64,000 nucleotides of DNA from a virus: IMG/VR virus record IMGVR_UViG_3300035698_017437, positions 1 through 64,000 of that record. One strand, 5' to 3'. The notes beneath the pieces are model-generated. The model did not search any database and was not told the DNA's origin. It was given only the letters and a program-made list of their open reading frames with translations. Shown here in pieces: positions 1-9,348 of this stretch. A program made the translations under genes and the position numbers. The first letter of the stretch is position 1, and the number at the start of each line of letters is the position of its first letter.

Positions 1-78
1 ACCGGAACCTGCACGCCTCAACATTAAAAAGATAGTAATAAATAAGAGAAACAAAGAACATAACTTCTCGGAGAATAC

Positions 79-1110
79 ATGTCATATATAGGATCAAATC
101 CAAGTTCAGTAACAAATAATTTCATTGCTGGTGGACTAAATTGGAATACAGTTTCAATTGATACAACAGTTGCTAAAACAAATGGATATCTATTTGATAC
201 AACAACTGAACCTCTTACAGCTACTTTGAATAGTTCTCCTACTGTTGGTGATCAGGTTGGAATTGGAGACTTAGCTGATACGTTTAGTACCAATAATCTT
301 ACTATCAATCGTAATGGAAAGAAAATCATGGGTCTTGAAGAGGATCTTATTCTAAATAATAAAGGAGAAAATATAACTCTTGTTTTCTCTGGAGATTCTT
401 TCGGTTGGAGAAAGGTAACCGAAAGATCGCATAAATTATATCCGTTGGCAGGAACGGTAATAACAGGAAATATAACTGGTCTTGAGTACAGCTATACGTC
501 AACTCATAGTATTACAGTTACCAAAGGCAACTGTTTTGATAGCCTGAATACTACTATACTTACAGGCTCTGCTTCCCAAGTGGTTACAATAGGGACTACG
601 ATTAATCAGATATACAACTTGTTCCTTTGTGATGATGGGTTGGTTAAGACTGATACTAACGTTGAAGGTACTACTTTGCTGGCTGGAAGTGTTACGGCTT
701 TGAGATGGATTGGATTTGTAAGGAATAACTCTGCTGGTGCTATTTGTAGGTTTAGCATGAGTGGGGGGATTGTTACATTTGGAAAGGCCAGTGATAATGT
801 AATCACAAATCTAACTACTACTTATGCTACAGTAAATCACAATTTGTCTCTTCCGGTTACACGTACAGAAGGGATAACTTATGGAGCACGTGACTCTAGT
901 GGGCCTTATTCCTATGCATATTCTTCGCTTGACGGAGTAAATCTGGATGCCCTTCATGGGTACGGAAACAGTGGAGACGATACTAATTCAGGTGCATGGG
1001 GTTCTGTTGCACAGGGGCAACATATAGCTTTCAATACCTCAAGAAAGTTTAAGGCGTACCTTGGAATCTCAGTAGGACTGCTGGTACACTCAGTAACACT
1101 CAAACGATAA
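79..1110 (+). CDS. Tail/baseplate-associated structural protein (fibre-like)
   Basis: Thr/Ser/Gly-rich beta protein; N-terminal GDQVGIGD..TFSTNNLTINRNG..I.G...DL.L..LVF...GW module typical of T4-like baseplate/fibre proteins; RBS GGAG. Confidence 0.6.
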   Translation: MSYIGSNPSSVTNNFIAGGLNWNTVSIDTTVAKTNGYLFDTTTEPLTATLNSSPTVGDQVGIGDLADTFSTNNLTINRNGKKIMGLEEDLILNNKGENITLVFSGDSFGWRKVTERSHKLYPLAGTVITGNITGLEYSYTSTHSITVTKGNCFDSLNTTILTGSASQVVTIGTTINQIYNLFLCDDGLVKTDTNVEGTTLLAGSVTALRWIGFVRNNSAGAICRFSMSGGIVTFGKASDNVITNLTTTYATVNHNLSLPVTRTEGITYGARDSSGPYSYAYSSLDGVNLDALHGYGNSGDDTNSGAWGSVAQGQHIAFNTSRKFKAYLGISVGLLVHSVTLKR

Positions 1111-1215
1111 CAAGGATAACAATATGAAATACGCATATAAACCAGATCACACAGTAACAATATACGATAAATAAGAATATACATCATACAAATTATATCC
1201 TAACGGAGAACAAAA

Positions 1216-1830
1216 ATGAAAGTAAGTTATATCGGTGAAGTAGTAACAGGTCTCAATCGAGGAGCCCAAGCAGGTGAATTAGAAACAACTATCACTCCTC
1301 AACAATTGGTTTGGGGAATGATTTCAGAATATTACAAAATGGTGAATGATGTTTTTACTTCTCTTGATCAATCCGAAAAGGATGCTGTAGAATCTGGCAA
1401 AGAAAAAGAATCAGTTTTTACATCATCTATAGACGAAGTAAATGAAACAGGAGCCAAAGCAAATCTTGAAGATTTTGTTTATGAATTGGTTGTTGATGAA
1501 CCTCATAATTATACTTCAGATAAAGATTCTATTCAAGCTGTACAGAATCAATGTCTGACAATGACAGGAACAGATCCTATTCCAGTACCTACTGGAGTAT
1601 GGAAAACTAATGATGTAGATGTAGATGGAATTACTCCTATCTATATTCCATTTACTGTTGAAGAATTCATTCCATTTACTACAGCATTTTATACAAGAAG
1701 TTCCGCTAACTTTGGAGTAAAAGAATTCCATAAAAATAATATCAAAGCGATTTATATTGATGATGTTATGACGGATGCTGAAAAGGTTGTTGCTATGACA
1801 GACTATGATTCCTCTGTTGGATGGAACTAA
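1216..1830 (+). CDS. Putative tail fibre assembly protein (DUF4376-like)
   Basis: Follows fibre-like gene; C-terminal WKT.D...F..EEF segment resembles DUF4376; RBS GGAG. Confidence 0.4.
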   Translation: MKVSYIGEVVTGLNRGAQAGELETTITPQQLVWGMISEYYKMVNDVFTSLDQSEKDAVESGKEKESVFTSSIDEVNETGAKANLEDFVYELVVDEPHNYTSDKDSIQAVQNQCLTMTGTDPIPVPTGVWKTNDVDVDGITPIYIPFTVEEFIPFTTAFYTRSSANFGVKEFHKNNIKAIYIDDVMTDAEKVVAMTDYDSSVGWN

Positions 1831-1847
1831 AATATACGGAGAATAAA

Positions 1848-2399
1848 ATGAAATTGTTATTGATTCCTATTTTATTGTTTCTATATGGTTGTGCTGATAA
1901 CACCCAATCATATATGAATACAATATCCTCAACTAATACATCTATAGCTCTGGCAGAGGCTTCCAAGTCAGAAGCTAGATCTTTAGAAACTCAAAAAATT
2001 CTTGAAGTGTTTAGAGATAGAAAGGATATTGATAGCACAAGTATTATTTTATTTTTAGCTATTAGGGATTTGACAGATAAACCTCAATTGGCACATTTTA
2101 TCACACCGGAAAGACCTAAAGCTGGATATGATGTTCTTGATACCGTTGCCGATAAAACCATACCTACTCTAATCAGATGGGGAGCGGGTACATGGGCTGT
2201 TGATTCTGTAGTTGGAGGCATGGGCACTACAATATCATCTTCTGGTTCTTCAACTTCATATATTTCTAGTGATATTGAATCTAGGAATACTCCTACTACA
2301 ATTCAAGATAGTTATAAAACAGAAAAGAATCCAATTACTGATGTTGTTCCTGAACCTGTTGTTCCTGAATCTGTTGTTCCTGAACCTGTAGAAATTTAA
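1848..2399 (+). CDS. Lipoprotein
   Basis: Signal peptide with lipobox LLFLYG-C; C-terminal VVPE repeats. Confidence 0.65.
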   Translation: MKLLLIPILLFLYGCADNTQSYMNTISSTNTSIALAEASKSEARSLETQKILEVFRDRKDIDSTSIILFLAIRDLTDKPQLAHFITPERPKAGYDVLDTVADKTIPTLIRWGAGTWAVDSVVGGMGTTISSSGSSTSYISSDIESRNTPTTIQDSYKTEKNPITDVVPEPVVPESVVPEPVEI

Positions 2400-2408
2400 G
2401 GAAAGATA

Positions 2409-2945
2409 ATGAAAAAAATATTGATATTACTAACAATTATACTTGTAGCTGTAGGTTGTACTAAAACTCAAGTAAGATATTCAATGGATATGGCAACAAT
2501 TTCTTCCAGTCTAATATCAGCAGAACAGAATTACAATCTTATAGCTGAAGTGGTGAAACTGAAATGGGATAAATTATCTGAATCAGAGAAACAAAATGTG
2601 CTGGTTATTGATGAGAATTCCCAAAACATTTTCAAAAAAATAACAGAAATGAAATCTTATAATTTCACAAATATAACTTTATCAGAAGTTGGATATTTTC
2701 ATGTGTTAGCTAAAGATTCTTATCTATTATCTGTTGAAATATATACAAATCACATCAATGATCTTTCACCTTCTGAGAAATTGAAAATAAAAATATTTGA
2801 TGATCAATTACAAACAACGGATGCTCTAATTGAAAATCTAATAAACAATCCTGATAATGATAATATCAATAACACAATGATGGATATCCTAAGTGTTGCT
2901 GGTAATGCTCTAAAATTATTAGGACCAATTCTTATAGCTCTATAA
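2409..2945 (+). CDS. Lipoprotein, helical
   Basis: MKK + hydrophobic stretch + lipobox VAVG-C. Confidence 0.7.
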   Translation: MKKILILLTIILVAVGCTKTQVRYSMDMATISSSLISAEQNYNLIAEVVKLKWDKLSESEKQNVLVIDENSQNIFKKITEMKSYNFTNITLSEVGYFHVLAKDSYLLSVEIYTNHINDLSPSEKLKIKIFDDQLQTTDALIENLINNPDNDNINNTMMDILSVAGNALKLLGPILIAL

Positions 2946-2957
2946 AGGAATCATATA

Positions 2958-3203
2958 ATGATCAAAGCAGGAAATAAAACTACAGAATTTTGGATAACTT
3001 CAGCAGTATCAGTTATAGGAGCTTGTGTTGGATTAGGCATAATTGATCCGGTAACAATAGCTGCCGCAAGCGGAAACATCGGAGCAATATTAGATTCTCT
3101 TGTAAAAATAGTTGGTATAGGAACAGCTGCCTTGGCAACATCATCTTATACTCAAAGCAGGGGTATTGCCAAGAGTAAAGAAGGCGAAAAAAATGAAGAA
3201 TAA
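2958..3203 (+). CDS. Holin-like membrane protein
   Basis: Small; G.KTTEFW N-terminus, two hydrophobic segments, charged C-tail. Confidence 0.5.
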   Translation: MIKAGNKTTEFWITSAVSVIGACVGLGIIDPVTIAAASGNIGAILDSLVKIVGIGTAALATSSYTQSRGIAKSKEGEKNEE

Positions 3204-3537
3204 AATTTTATTATTATTCATTTCATTTATGGCAATATTCTCCATAACTCTTGCTATTGCTGATGATAAAAAGTTTCTAGTAGAATGGAATTATAATATA
3301 GCAAAAAAAGATAATATAAAAGGATTCAGAATTTATAAAATTGTTGATAAAACTCCATTCCTTGTTTGGTCAACTACTGATGTATCTTTGAGAGAAATAG
3401 AAACATTATTGCATGTAAATAGAGGAGAGAATGATTTTATAATTGTTCCTCATGATAATGAAAATGAAGGTTCTCCAACAGAAACTAAAATCGTATATTT
3501 AGGAAAAACATCTAATCTCAAAATAACGGAAAAATAA
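3193..3537 (+). CDS. Secreted fibronectin type III-like protein
   Basis: Signal peptide; VEW...IKGFRIY...F.IVP.D...EG.P pattern. Confidence 0.5.
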   Translation: MKNKILLLFISFMAIFSITLAIADDKKFLVEWNYNIAKKDNIKGFRIYKIVDKTPFLVWSTTDVSLREIETLLHVNRGENDFIIVPHDNENEGSPTETKIVYLGKTSNLKITEK

Positions 3538-3995
3538 TGTGTGATAAAATGCCAGCTATGAGGGCTATACCTTGGGATTTCAAAGATAAGAATAAACTTC
3601 AACAGATCTGGCATTGGTTAAAAACTCCTAGAAGATATGAGCTTACTGAAGATTGGAAATATATTATTCCTACAGGAGAGAAACTTATAATAAGAAGTGG
3701 TTTTGATTTTGATGGAGCATCTATTCCTAGACCTTTTAGACCTTTTCTTTCTCCAACAGGTTTATTATTAGTAGGCGGTTTAGTTCATGATTTTGGTTAT
3801 AGATATAATAAATATATTCTAGCTGATGGAAGAGATTTTGCTGTAAGAGGAGGAAAATTCTTTGTAGATAATCTTTTTAGGATTATTGTGTATAAAGAAA
3901 CAGGATTCAAAATTCTTGCCAATATTGTTTATTATGCTGTAAGAATTGGTGGCAATAAAGCATGGAAAGGATATAGAGAAAATGATTCCATCTAA
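3537..3995 (+). CDS. DUF1353 family protein
   Basis: GFDFDGASIPR and VHDFGY motifs, C-terminal AVRIGG. Confidence 0.8.
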   Translation: MCDKMPAMRAIPWDFKDKNKLQQIWHWLKTPRRYELTEDWKYIIPTGEKLIIRSGFDFDGASIPRPFRPFLSPTGLLLVGGLVHDFGYRYNKYILADGRDFAVRGGKFFVDNLFRIIVYKETGFKILANIVYYAVRIGGNKAWKGYRENDSI

Positions 3996-4728
3996 TAGAA
4001 GTTCCTTTGCTGAATATTGTTTGAAAGAATTGGGAGCACCAGTTATTCAAATAAACATTGATGAAGACCAAATCGGAGATAGAATTGATGAAGCTATTCA
4101 ACTGTTTCAAGAATATCATTATGATGCTGTACAGCATGATTTCCTATTGAAACAAATCACTCAAACTGATATAGATAATCGATTCCTAGACATACCTAAA
4201 GATATTCTTGGTATCACTAAAGTAATGAAACCTGATAATACATATTCAGGTACATTCATGACTGATACATATCAATGGCAAAAAGATGTTGCCTATGATC
4301 TAGCTTTTAGATCTGTTGGAGATAGTCTAACAAATTATTTTATCACTACTCAATATAACAAAATGGTAAATGATATGTTGGGAAAATCCTCTGAATGGGA
4401 TTATAGCCAACATATGGATAAATTATTCATTCATCAAGAATGGGATGAATTTATAGCTGATTCATATATATTGATAGAAGTTTACAGAACTATAGATCCT
4501 GATCAATATGAAGATGTTTGGAATGATAGATGGCTCAAAAAATATGGAACAGCATTGATTGGTCGCCAATGGGGAGTGAATTTATCCAAATATGAGGGTG
4601 TGAATCTACCAGGAGGAATAACTCTTGATGGAGATAAATTGTATGATCGTTATAATGAGCAAGTAAATGATCTGGAAGAATTGTTAGAATCTAAATATTC
4701 CTTGCCCATAAACTTTATCACAGGTTGA
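3982..4728 (+). CDS. gp13: Neck protein gp13
   Basis: YCL..LGAPVIQINIDEDQ and QWG.NLSKYEGV.LPGG.TLDG motifs; synteny. Confidence 0.93.
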   Translation: MIPSNRSSFAEYCLKELGAPVIQINIDEDQIGDRIDEAIQLFQEYHYDAVQHDFLLKQITQTDIDNRFLDIPKDILGITKVMKPDNTYSGTFMTDTYQWQKDVAYDLAFRSVGDSLTNYFITTQYNKMVNDMLGKSSEWDYSQHMDKLFIHQEWDEFIADSYILIEVYRTIDPDQYEDVWNDRWLKKYGTALIGRQWGVNLSKYEGVNLPGGITLDGDKLYDRYNEQVNDLEELLESKYSLPINFITG

Positions 4729-4731
4729 TGA

Positions 4732-5037
4732 ATGAAAACATATAAACAATTCATCAACGAAGCACCTAGATCTTATAGATATGTTGTCGGATTCACTTTT
4801 GGGCAAAATATGGAACAGAAAGATAGAGTTTTTGCTTTCGTAAAATCTAAAAAATCTAAAAGTAATATTATAAATAAAGCAATAGAATTAACTGTAAATA
4901 TGGCCAGAGGAATCCAATCAGGACAAATAGAAACAAAGGTTTTCAAAGATGAAGATGAAATGGCTGATTATTGGATAGATATCAAGAAATATAAAGATGT
5001 TGTTTTTGATGGAATTAATAGAATGGAACTAATGTAA
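4732..5037 (+). CDS. Putative internal head protein
   Basis: N-terminus MKTYKQFINE matches the T4 internal-protein capsid-targeting sequence. Confidence 0.55.
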   Translation: MKTYKQFINEAPRSYRYVVGFTFGQNMEQKDRVFAFVKSKKSKSNIINKAIELTVNMARGIQSGQIETKVFKDEDEMADYWIDIKKYKDVVFDGINRMELM

Positions 5038-5645
5038 TGACTGTATCTAAATATTTCTCCTCTCACCAAAACACTGATGAATCCGATCTATTGAATGATT
5101 TGACTGTTGAAGTAATAAATCAAAGAGGTTTCGATTTCTCTTATATTCCTAGAGATACTCCAGGAATAGATTACTTATTCGGTGAGGATCCAACATCTGT
5201 TTTTTCTGAAGGTATCCTATTGGAAATGATGATTGATTCTGTTGAAGAATATGGTGGTGATGGTGAGTATATTATGAGATTAGGTCTAGATATAAGAGAT
5301 GAAATAACATTCATATTCGCAAAATCTAGATTTGTTGATGAAGTCACAAAAGCAAATAGTGAAATTCTTAGACCTAGAGAGGGAGATCTTATTGCCTCTC
5401 CTATGACCTCCTCTATATTTGAAATAACTTTTGTTGAACATGAGAAGCCTTTTTACCAATTAGGGATAAATCGTACCTATGAATGTCAATGTAAGAAATT
5501 AGAATATTCTCATGAACCTTTGAATACTGGAATTGAAGAAGTTGATGCCATTGAAGATTTGATCCCTGAAAATGATAAAACAGATATTGAAGCCGAATCT
5601 CCAATAGATTTCTCTGAAGATGATCCTTTTGGCATAAATTATTAA
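5037..5645 (+). CDS. gp14: Neck protein gp14
   Basis: YIPR..D.LFGED, RPREGDLI, FEITFVEHEKPFYQLG motifs. Confidence 0.93.
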   Translation: MTVSKYFSSHQNTDESDLLNDLTVEVINQRGFDFSYIPRDTPGIDYLFGEDPTSVFSEGILLEMMIDSVEEYGGDGEYIMRLGLDIRDEITFIFAKSRFVDEVTKANSEILRPREGDLIASPMTSSIFEITFVEHEKPFYQLGINRTYECQCKKLEYSHEPLNTGIEEVDAIEDLIPENDKTDIEAESPIDFSEDDPFGINY

Positions 5646-5711
5646 TTTTTATGAATAATATCAATAACTTAGAACGCTGTAGGATGCTCACTACAACAAA
5701 AGGAATGTATC

Positions 5712-6497
5712 GTGATATCTGACACACATTTTTTCCATAACTCAACTAGGAAGCTTATTACTGCTTTTGGTACCGTATTCTCAGGTCTTACTATAGAAAG
5801 ATCTGATGGAAATATAATCACTGTTCCTATTATGTATGGTAGTAAAGAAAAATGGTATTATAGACTCAAACAGAACTCTAATTTAGATAAACAACAAGCA
5901 ATAACTTTACCTAGATTGGGATTCTTTATTACAGATTGGCAATATAATGCTGAAAGAAAATTGAATTCCTCAGATAAAATAGTTTCAAAGAATGATGCCG
6001 ATAATCGCTATGTGAAAAAAACATTTCAACCTGTTCCTTATAATTTACCCTTTGAGTTATACCTTTGGGCAAAGAATATGGATGATGGATTACAAATTAT
6101 AGAACAAATATTACCTTTCTTCAAACCAAGCTTCAACATAACAATAACAGAATTAGTTGAACCTGAAATAAAAAGAGATGTTCCAATCACTCTAAACAAT
6201 ATATCCTTTGATGATAATGTTGAGGGTGGAATGGATTCAACAAGAATGCTACAATGGACATTATCTTTTGAAGTTGAAGGAAATTTCTATGGCCCTATTA
6301 GCGACACAGGAATAATTACCGAAGTGTTTGTGGATGTGAATATGGAAAGAGTCCAACCTGATGGAACAATAACAGATGCTACATCTTCTAGAATGAATTT
6401 GAATCCTGATCCTTTGACTGCCCAACCTGATGATCCTTTTGGTCTTGATTATGTGTGGGAGGATAATCCCGAAGGTGAAGCTGTACCAGAAGTATAA
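5712..6497 (+). CDS. gp15: Tail sheath stabiliser gp15
   Basis: AFGT.F, VPI.YG.KEK, LPR, PVPYN, DGLQIIEQILPFF.P motifs. Confidence 0.93.
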   Translation: MISDTHFFHNSTRKLITAFGTVFSGLTIERSDGNIITVPIMYGSKEKWYYRLKQNSNLDKQQAITLPRLGFFITDWQYNAERKLNSSDKIVSKNDADNRYVKKTFQPVPYNLPFELYLWAKNMDDGLQIIEQILPFFKPSFNITITELVEPEIKRDVPITLNNISFDDNVEGGMDSTRMLQWTLSFEVEGNFYGPISDTGIITEVFVDVNMERVQPDGTITDATSSRMNLNPDPLTAQPDDPFGLDYVWEDNPEGEAVPEV

Positions 6498-6500
6498 ATA
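6493..6500 (+). promoter_or_regulatory. T4-type late promoter TATAAATA (also at 9727, 15725, 15866, 19490, 48093)
   Basis: Exact gp55 late consensus upstream of virion genes; gp55 is encoded in the window. Confidence 0.75.
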
Positions 6501-6503
6501 ATA

Positions 6504-6623
6504 ATATGAAGATAAGGACCTCTCTCACCTTTATCTTCCATATAATCAAGAGCGAGCTATCCTCCCTCAATGCTCTTGATGCTAAAGCTCATTTTATCTT
6601 CGGATATCTTGAGCTTTTTCTTT
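6504..6623 (+). ncRNA. Candidate three-hairpin small RNA with CU-rich loops
   Basis: GAAGATAA/TTATCTTC stem (CCTCTCTC loop), ATCAAGAGC/GCTCTTGAT stem (TCCTCCC loop), terminator hairpin; directly after a late promoter. Confidence 0.45.
6584..6623 (+). terminator. Intrinsic terminator with C(UUCG)G loop
   Basis: AAAGCTCA..TATC-TTCG-GATA..TGAGCTTT then T-tract. Confidence 0.75.
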
Positions 6624-6750
6624 AACCTATATAAGCTCACTAGCGACATCTTTAGATCAGTATATACTATCTCTAAATAAATCTCTCCAGCAGTCTCCTA
6701 CAGTTACCTATAGGTATATCTATATGTAATCTCTAGAGAAACCTTAAAGG

Positions 6751-6834
6751 TTTTCTATGTGTAGTTTACCCTTAAATATTTTCTATGTGTAGTTTACCCT
6801 TAAATATTTTCTATGTGTAGTTTACCCTTAAATA
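6751..6834. repeat. 28-bp tandem repeat x3 (iteron-like)
   Basis: TTTTCTATGTGTAGTTTACCCTTAAATA at 6751, 6779, 6807, with degenerate flanking copies. Confidence 0.95.
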
Positions 6835-6882
6835 TTTCCATGAGTATTTCTTGAAGACCTAACTATATCTATATTTAAGGTT

Positions 6883-7130
6883 TATCTTGAATGTATTTTC
6901 TATACATAAACAATTGGATATTTTGAAGAATCAAGAATTGATTCTGATTGTTTCCTGAAGGGAAACTCAATATGTATATTACTGAAAGATTCTTTCGAAT
7001 CTTCTTATCAGAATCCTTTTGGGATTCTTCAATAATCTATTTTTGATATCTTGAATGTATTTTCTATACATAAACAATTGGATATTTTGAAGAATCAAGA
7101 ATTGATTCTGATTGTTTCCTGAAGGGAAAC
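6883..7130. repeat. 84-bp perfect direct repeat x2 containing hairpins
   Basis: Identical copies 6883-6966 and 7047-7130; each has AGAATCAA-GAA-TTGATTCT and GTTTCC-TGAAG-GGAAAC. Confidence 0.95.
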
Positions 7131-7179
7131 ATAATCAATCAAAAACTTAAATGAACCTTTAAGACTTTATTTAAATCTT

Positions 7180-7930
7180 TTACGTGACTACCTTAACAAT
7201 TTTTTGAATTGTAAGTAGACTAGACGTGATTCACCTCTTTGAGAGGAATATTTTTCTTTTTCAGTACTACTCCTAAGGCGAAGTTTATAGGAGTCAATAG
7301 AATTCTGACGAAAAATAATCACTTCTCAAATGTATGCCAATAACAGGTTTAGGGAAGATTAATTCATCCTTTACGGATGCCCGTTGTATTATAGTCTACC
7401 GATTTTATTCCACACCTGTGAAGTTAACACGGTGCTTACGTTTTATCCTGATATCCCAAACCTCAACACATTAAACCGAGGGTTATTTTCCGAATCTTAT
7501 CTTTTTGGTTATAAGTTACATACTTTCTATCAACTTGTGAACAACCAATCGAAATTAGGACAGAGCAGGGCTAGAGTGGGGCCTTTGTTCAACGCCGTTG
7601 TTAGAGCAAAAAGTATGATTGTATCAATACCTTAAGAACCTCTAACGCTCTCACTAGCAAAATAGACTTTTCCAATATAAGAACTTGAAATATGACTTGG
7701 ATGCAAACCTAAGATATTTCAGCGGTTGTAAAATAGAGCCAATATTATTTCTATTGACTCTCCTTGTTCCTCAATTCTACCTCTATAATTTTTGTTCTGT
7801 TAGAATACCGGATATATAGAAAGTATCCTAACGCATAAATTATTGAGAAATTTCAATAAGACATTTCAGTCCGTTTGGAACTACAATACTACTACTACTT
7901 TTCTATCACTATTTAGTCTACCTGTCTAGC
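7180..7930 (+). ncRNA. Candidate large structured ncRNA (~750 nt), family unknown
   Basis: No credible ORF; GC above flanks; many nested hairpins and long-range pairs (7291-7302 with 7749-7760); G-U wobbles favour + strand. Confidence 0.5.
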
Positions 7931-7952
7931 TCTATTTGATTTCTATCTATAT

Positions 7953-7981
7953 ACTATAACATCTTTATATCTATATGTCAA
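7953..7981 (-). promoter_or_regulatory. Sigma70-type promoter firing into the non-coding island
   Basis: Minus strand TTGACA-17 bp-TATAGT with TG extension; no ORF downstream. Confidence 0.75.
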
Positions 7982-8031
7982 GCTTTATTTTATTTTTCTC
8001 TCATTCTTACTTTATTTCTTTCTTGTTTATC

Positions 8032-8265
8032 CTACTCAGCTTTATTCTCTAACGATCCATATAATTTGATAAGATTTTGAGGTCTCTTTTTTCTGAGATA
8101 TAATTCTCTCAACAGTGGACCTTTACATTTTTTACCTTTATTATAAGATCGTCTATAAGATACTTTTCTTATTCTTTGAGATAATTCCTCTATTCCATCT
8201 TGAATGTTATTGAAATATGAGGATACATTGAAACCTTTTATTGCCTCAGAGATCATTTGCTTCAT
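8032..8265 (-). CDS. Hypothetical basic protein
   Basis: ORF preceded by minus-strand TTGACA/TATAAT promoters at 8280-8308 and 8323-8350. Confidence 0.55.
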   Translation of the reverse strand: MKQMISEAIKGFNVSSYFNNIQDGIEELSQRIRKVSYRRSYNKGKKCKGPLLRELYLRKKRPQNLIKLYGSLENKAE

Positions 8266-8346
8266 TGGATATACTCTCTATTATAATATTATTTTTTTCT
8301 TCTGTCAATAACTATTTTTTCTATTATAACACATTTATCATGTTTG

Positions 8347-8544
8347 TCAAGAGTTATTTTCACTATTTTCAATTTTAGTTTCCATGTCAACAATCTCTTC
8401 AATCAAATCTATCTCTTTTGCCATATCTTCTGCTAGAAATAATAAGCCTATATTCAAAACTTCATCTATAGACTTATCTAAAATTTCTGACATTTGTTCT
8501 AAAGCATTATAATCTTCTTTTGTGATTTCAAATTCCTTTAGCAT
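8347..8544 (-). CDS. Ribbon-helix-helix-like small DNA-binding protein
   Basis: FEITKEDYNALEQMSEILDKSIDEVLNIGL pattern (strand-helix-turn-helix); RBS GGAGG. Confidence 0.45.
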   Translation of the reverse strand: MLKEFEITKEDYNALEQMSEILDKSIDEVLNIGLLFLAEDMAKEIDLIEEIVDMETKIENSENNS

Positions 8545-8917
8545 TTTCGTTAGCCTCCACACTGTCCCTAAATTCTTGATTATCTTCTAACTCTTTATCA
8601 TATTTAGTGCCAAGGTATCCTTCAGTTAATTTGAAATCTTGGAATTTATTATTATAATAATATTCATAATCTTCTTTATAATAATTGAAATCCTCTCTCA
8701 ATGGTTCTCCATTTATAGTTTTCAAATCTTTCAAGGTATCAGGAAATAAATTATCATACATATTACCCATATCCGAAAAATCTATATTATCTAAACAATC
8801 TTTACATAAAGACACAAAATATGTTCCCTTCCATACTCCCACATTTAGACTAGATCCCATCAAATGAAATTGTTTGAATTCCGTTGCTTCTTTTGAACAT
8901 AGTTTACATTTACTCAT
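8528..8917 (-). CDS. Zinc-finger hypothetical protein
   Basis: CKLC...CKDC; RBS AGGA. Confidence 0.6.
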   Translation of the reverse strand: MSKCKLCSKEATEFKQFHLMGSSLNVGVWKGTYFVSLCKDCLDNIDFSDMGNMYDNLFPDTLKDLKTINGEPLREDFNYYKEDYEYYYNNKFQDFKLTEGYLGTKYDKELEDNQEFRDSVEANENAKGI

Positions 8918-9146
8918 TTTTTCTTCCTCTACAGTTATGTGTTATTCTACAATATTGGTGTTTATATACTACATATTTCCTATTATTTCTTATAGATAGG
9001 TTACCTTTTTTACTACATATTTGTTCAATAAAGTGTAGTAAAGTGGTGTATTTACTCTTATTTCAAGTTTATTCCAAGTTGTCATGGTTCTTGCTACTAT
9101 AATAGTATAAAGAGAAGTATAATAACAATTCAACAGGAGAAACAAA

Positions 9147-9338
9147 ATGAAAACAATGACACAAATTCAAACAAATGAAAATCTATCTGAAGAAGCGAGT
9201 CATTTTGCTCTAAAAGTAGGAATCACGTTTGCTGTTCTAGTAGGACTTTGGGGAACAGCTTGTTTATTCAGTGGTTTTCTTGCCGCTGGTAGTGTATCCG
9301 CTTTAGCTAAATCTTTGTTTCTCGCAATCTCAATATAA
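9147..9338 (+). CDS. Small membrane protein, Desulfobacterota-like
   Basis: Hydrophobic LVGLWGTACLFSG segment; RBS AGGAG; family resemblance recalled, not searched. Confidence 0.55.
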   Translation: MKTMTQIQTNENLSEEASHFALKVGITFAVLVGLWGTACLFSGFLAAGSVSALAKSLFLAISI

Positions 9339-9348
9339 AGGATATAAT

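Noticed and set aside
6751-7130. CRISPR array
   Set aside because: The 28-bp units are head-to-tail without spacers, the 84-bp repeat has only two copies, and no cas genes are present
7180-7420. Group I intron (GACTA...TAGTC P7-like pair)
   Set aside because: No room for a P4-P6 domain upstream and no interrupted host gene; kept only as a generic structured RNA
7384-7635. 83-aa ORF
   Set aside because: TTG start, no RBS, atypical composition; lies inside the paired region
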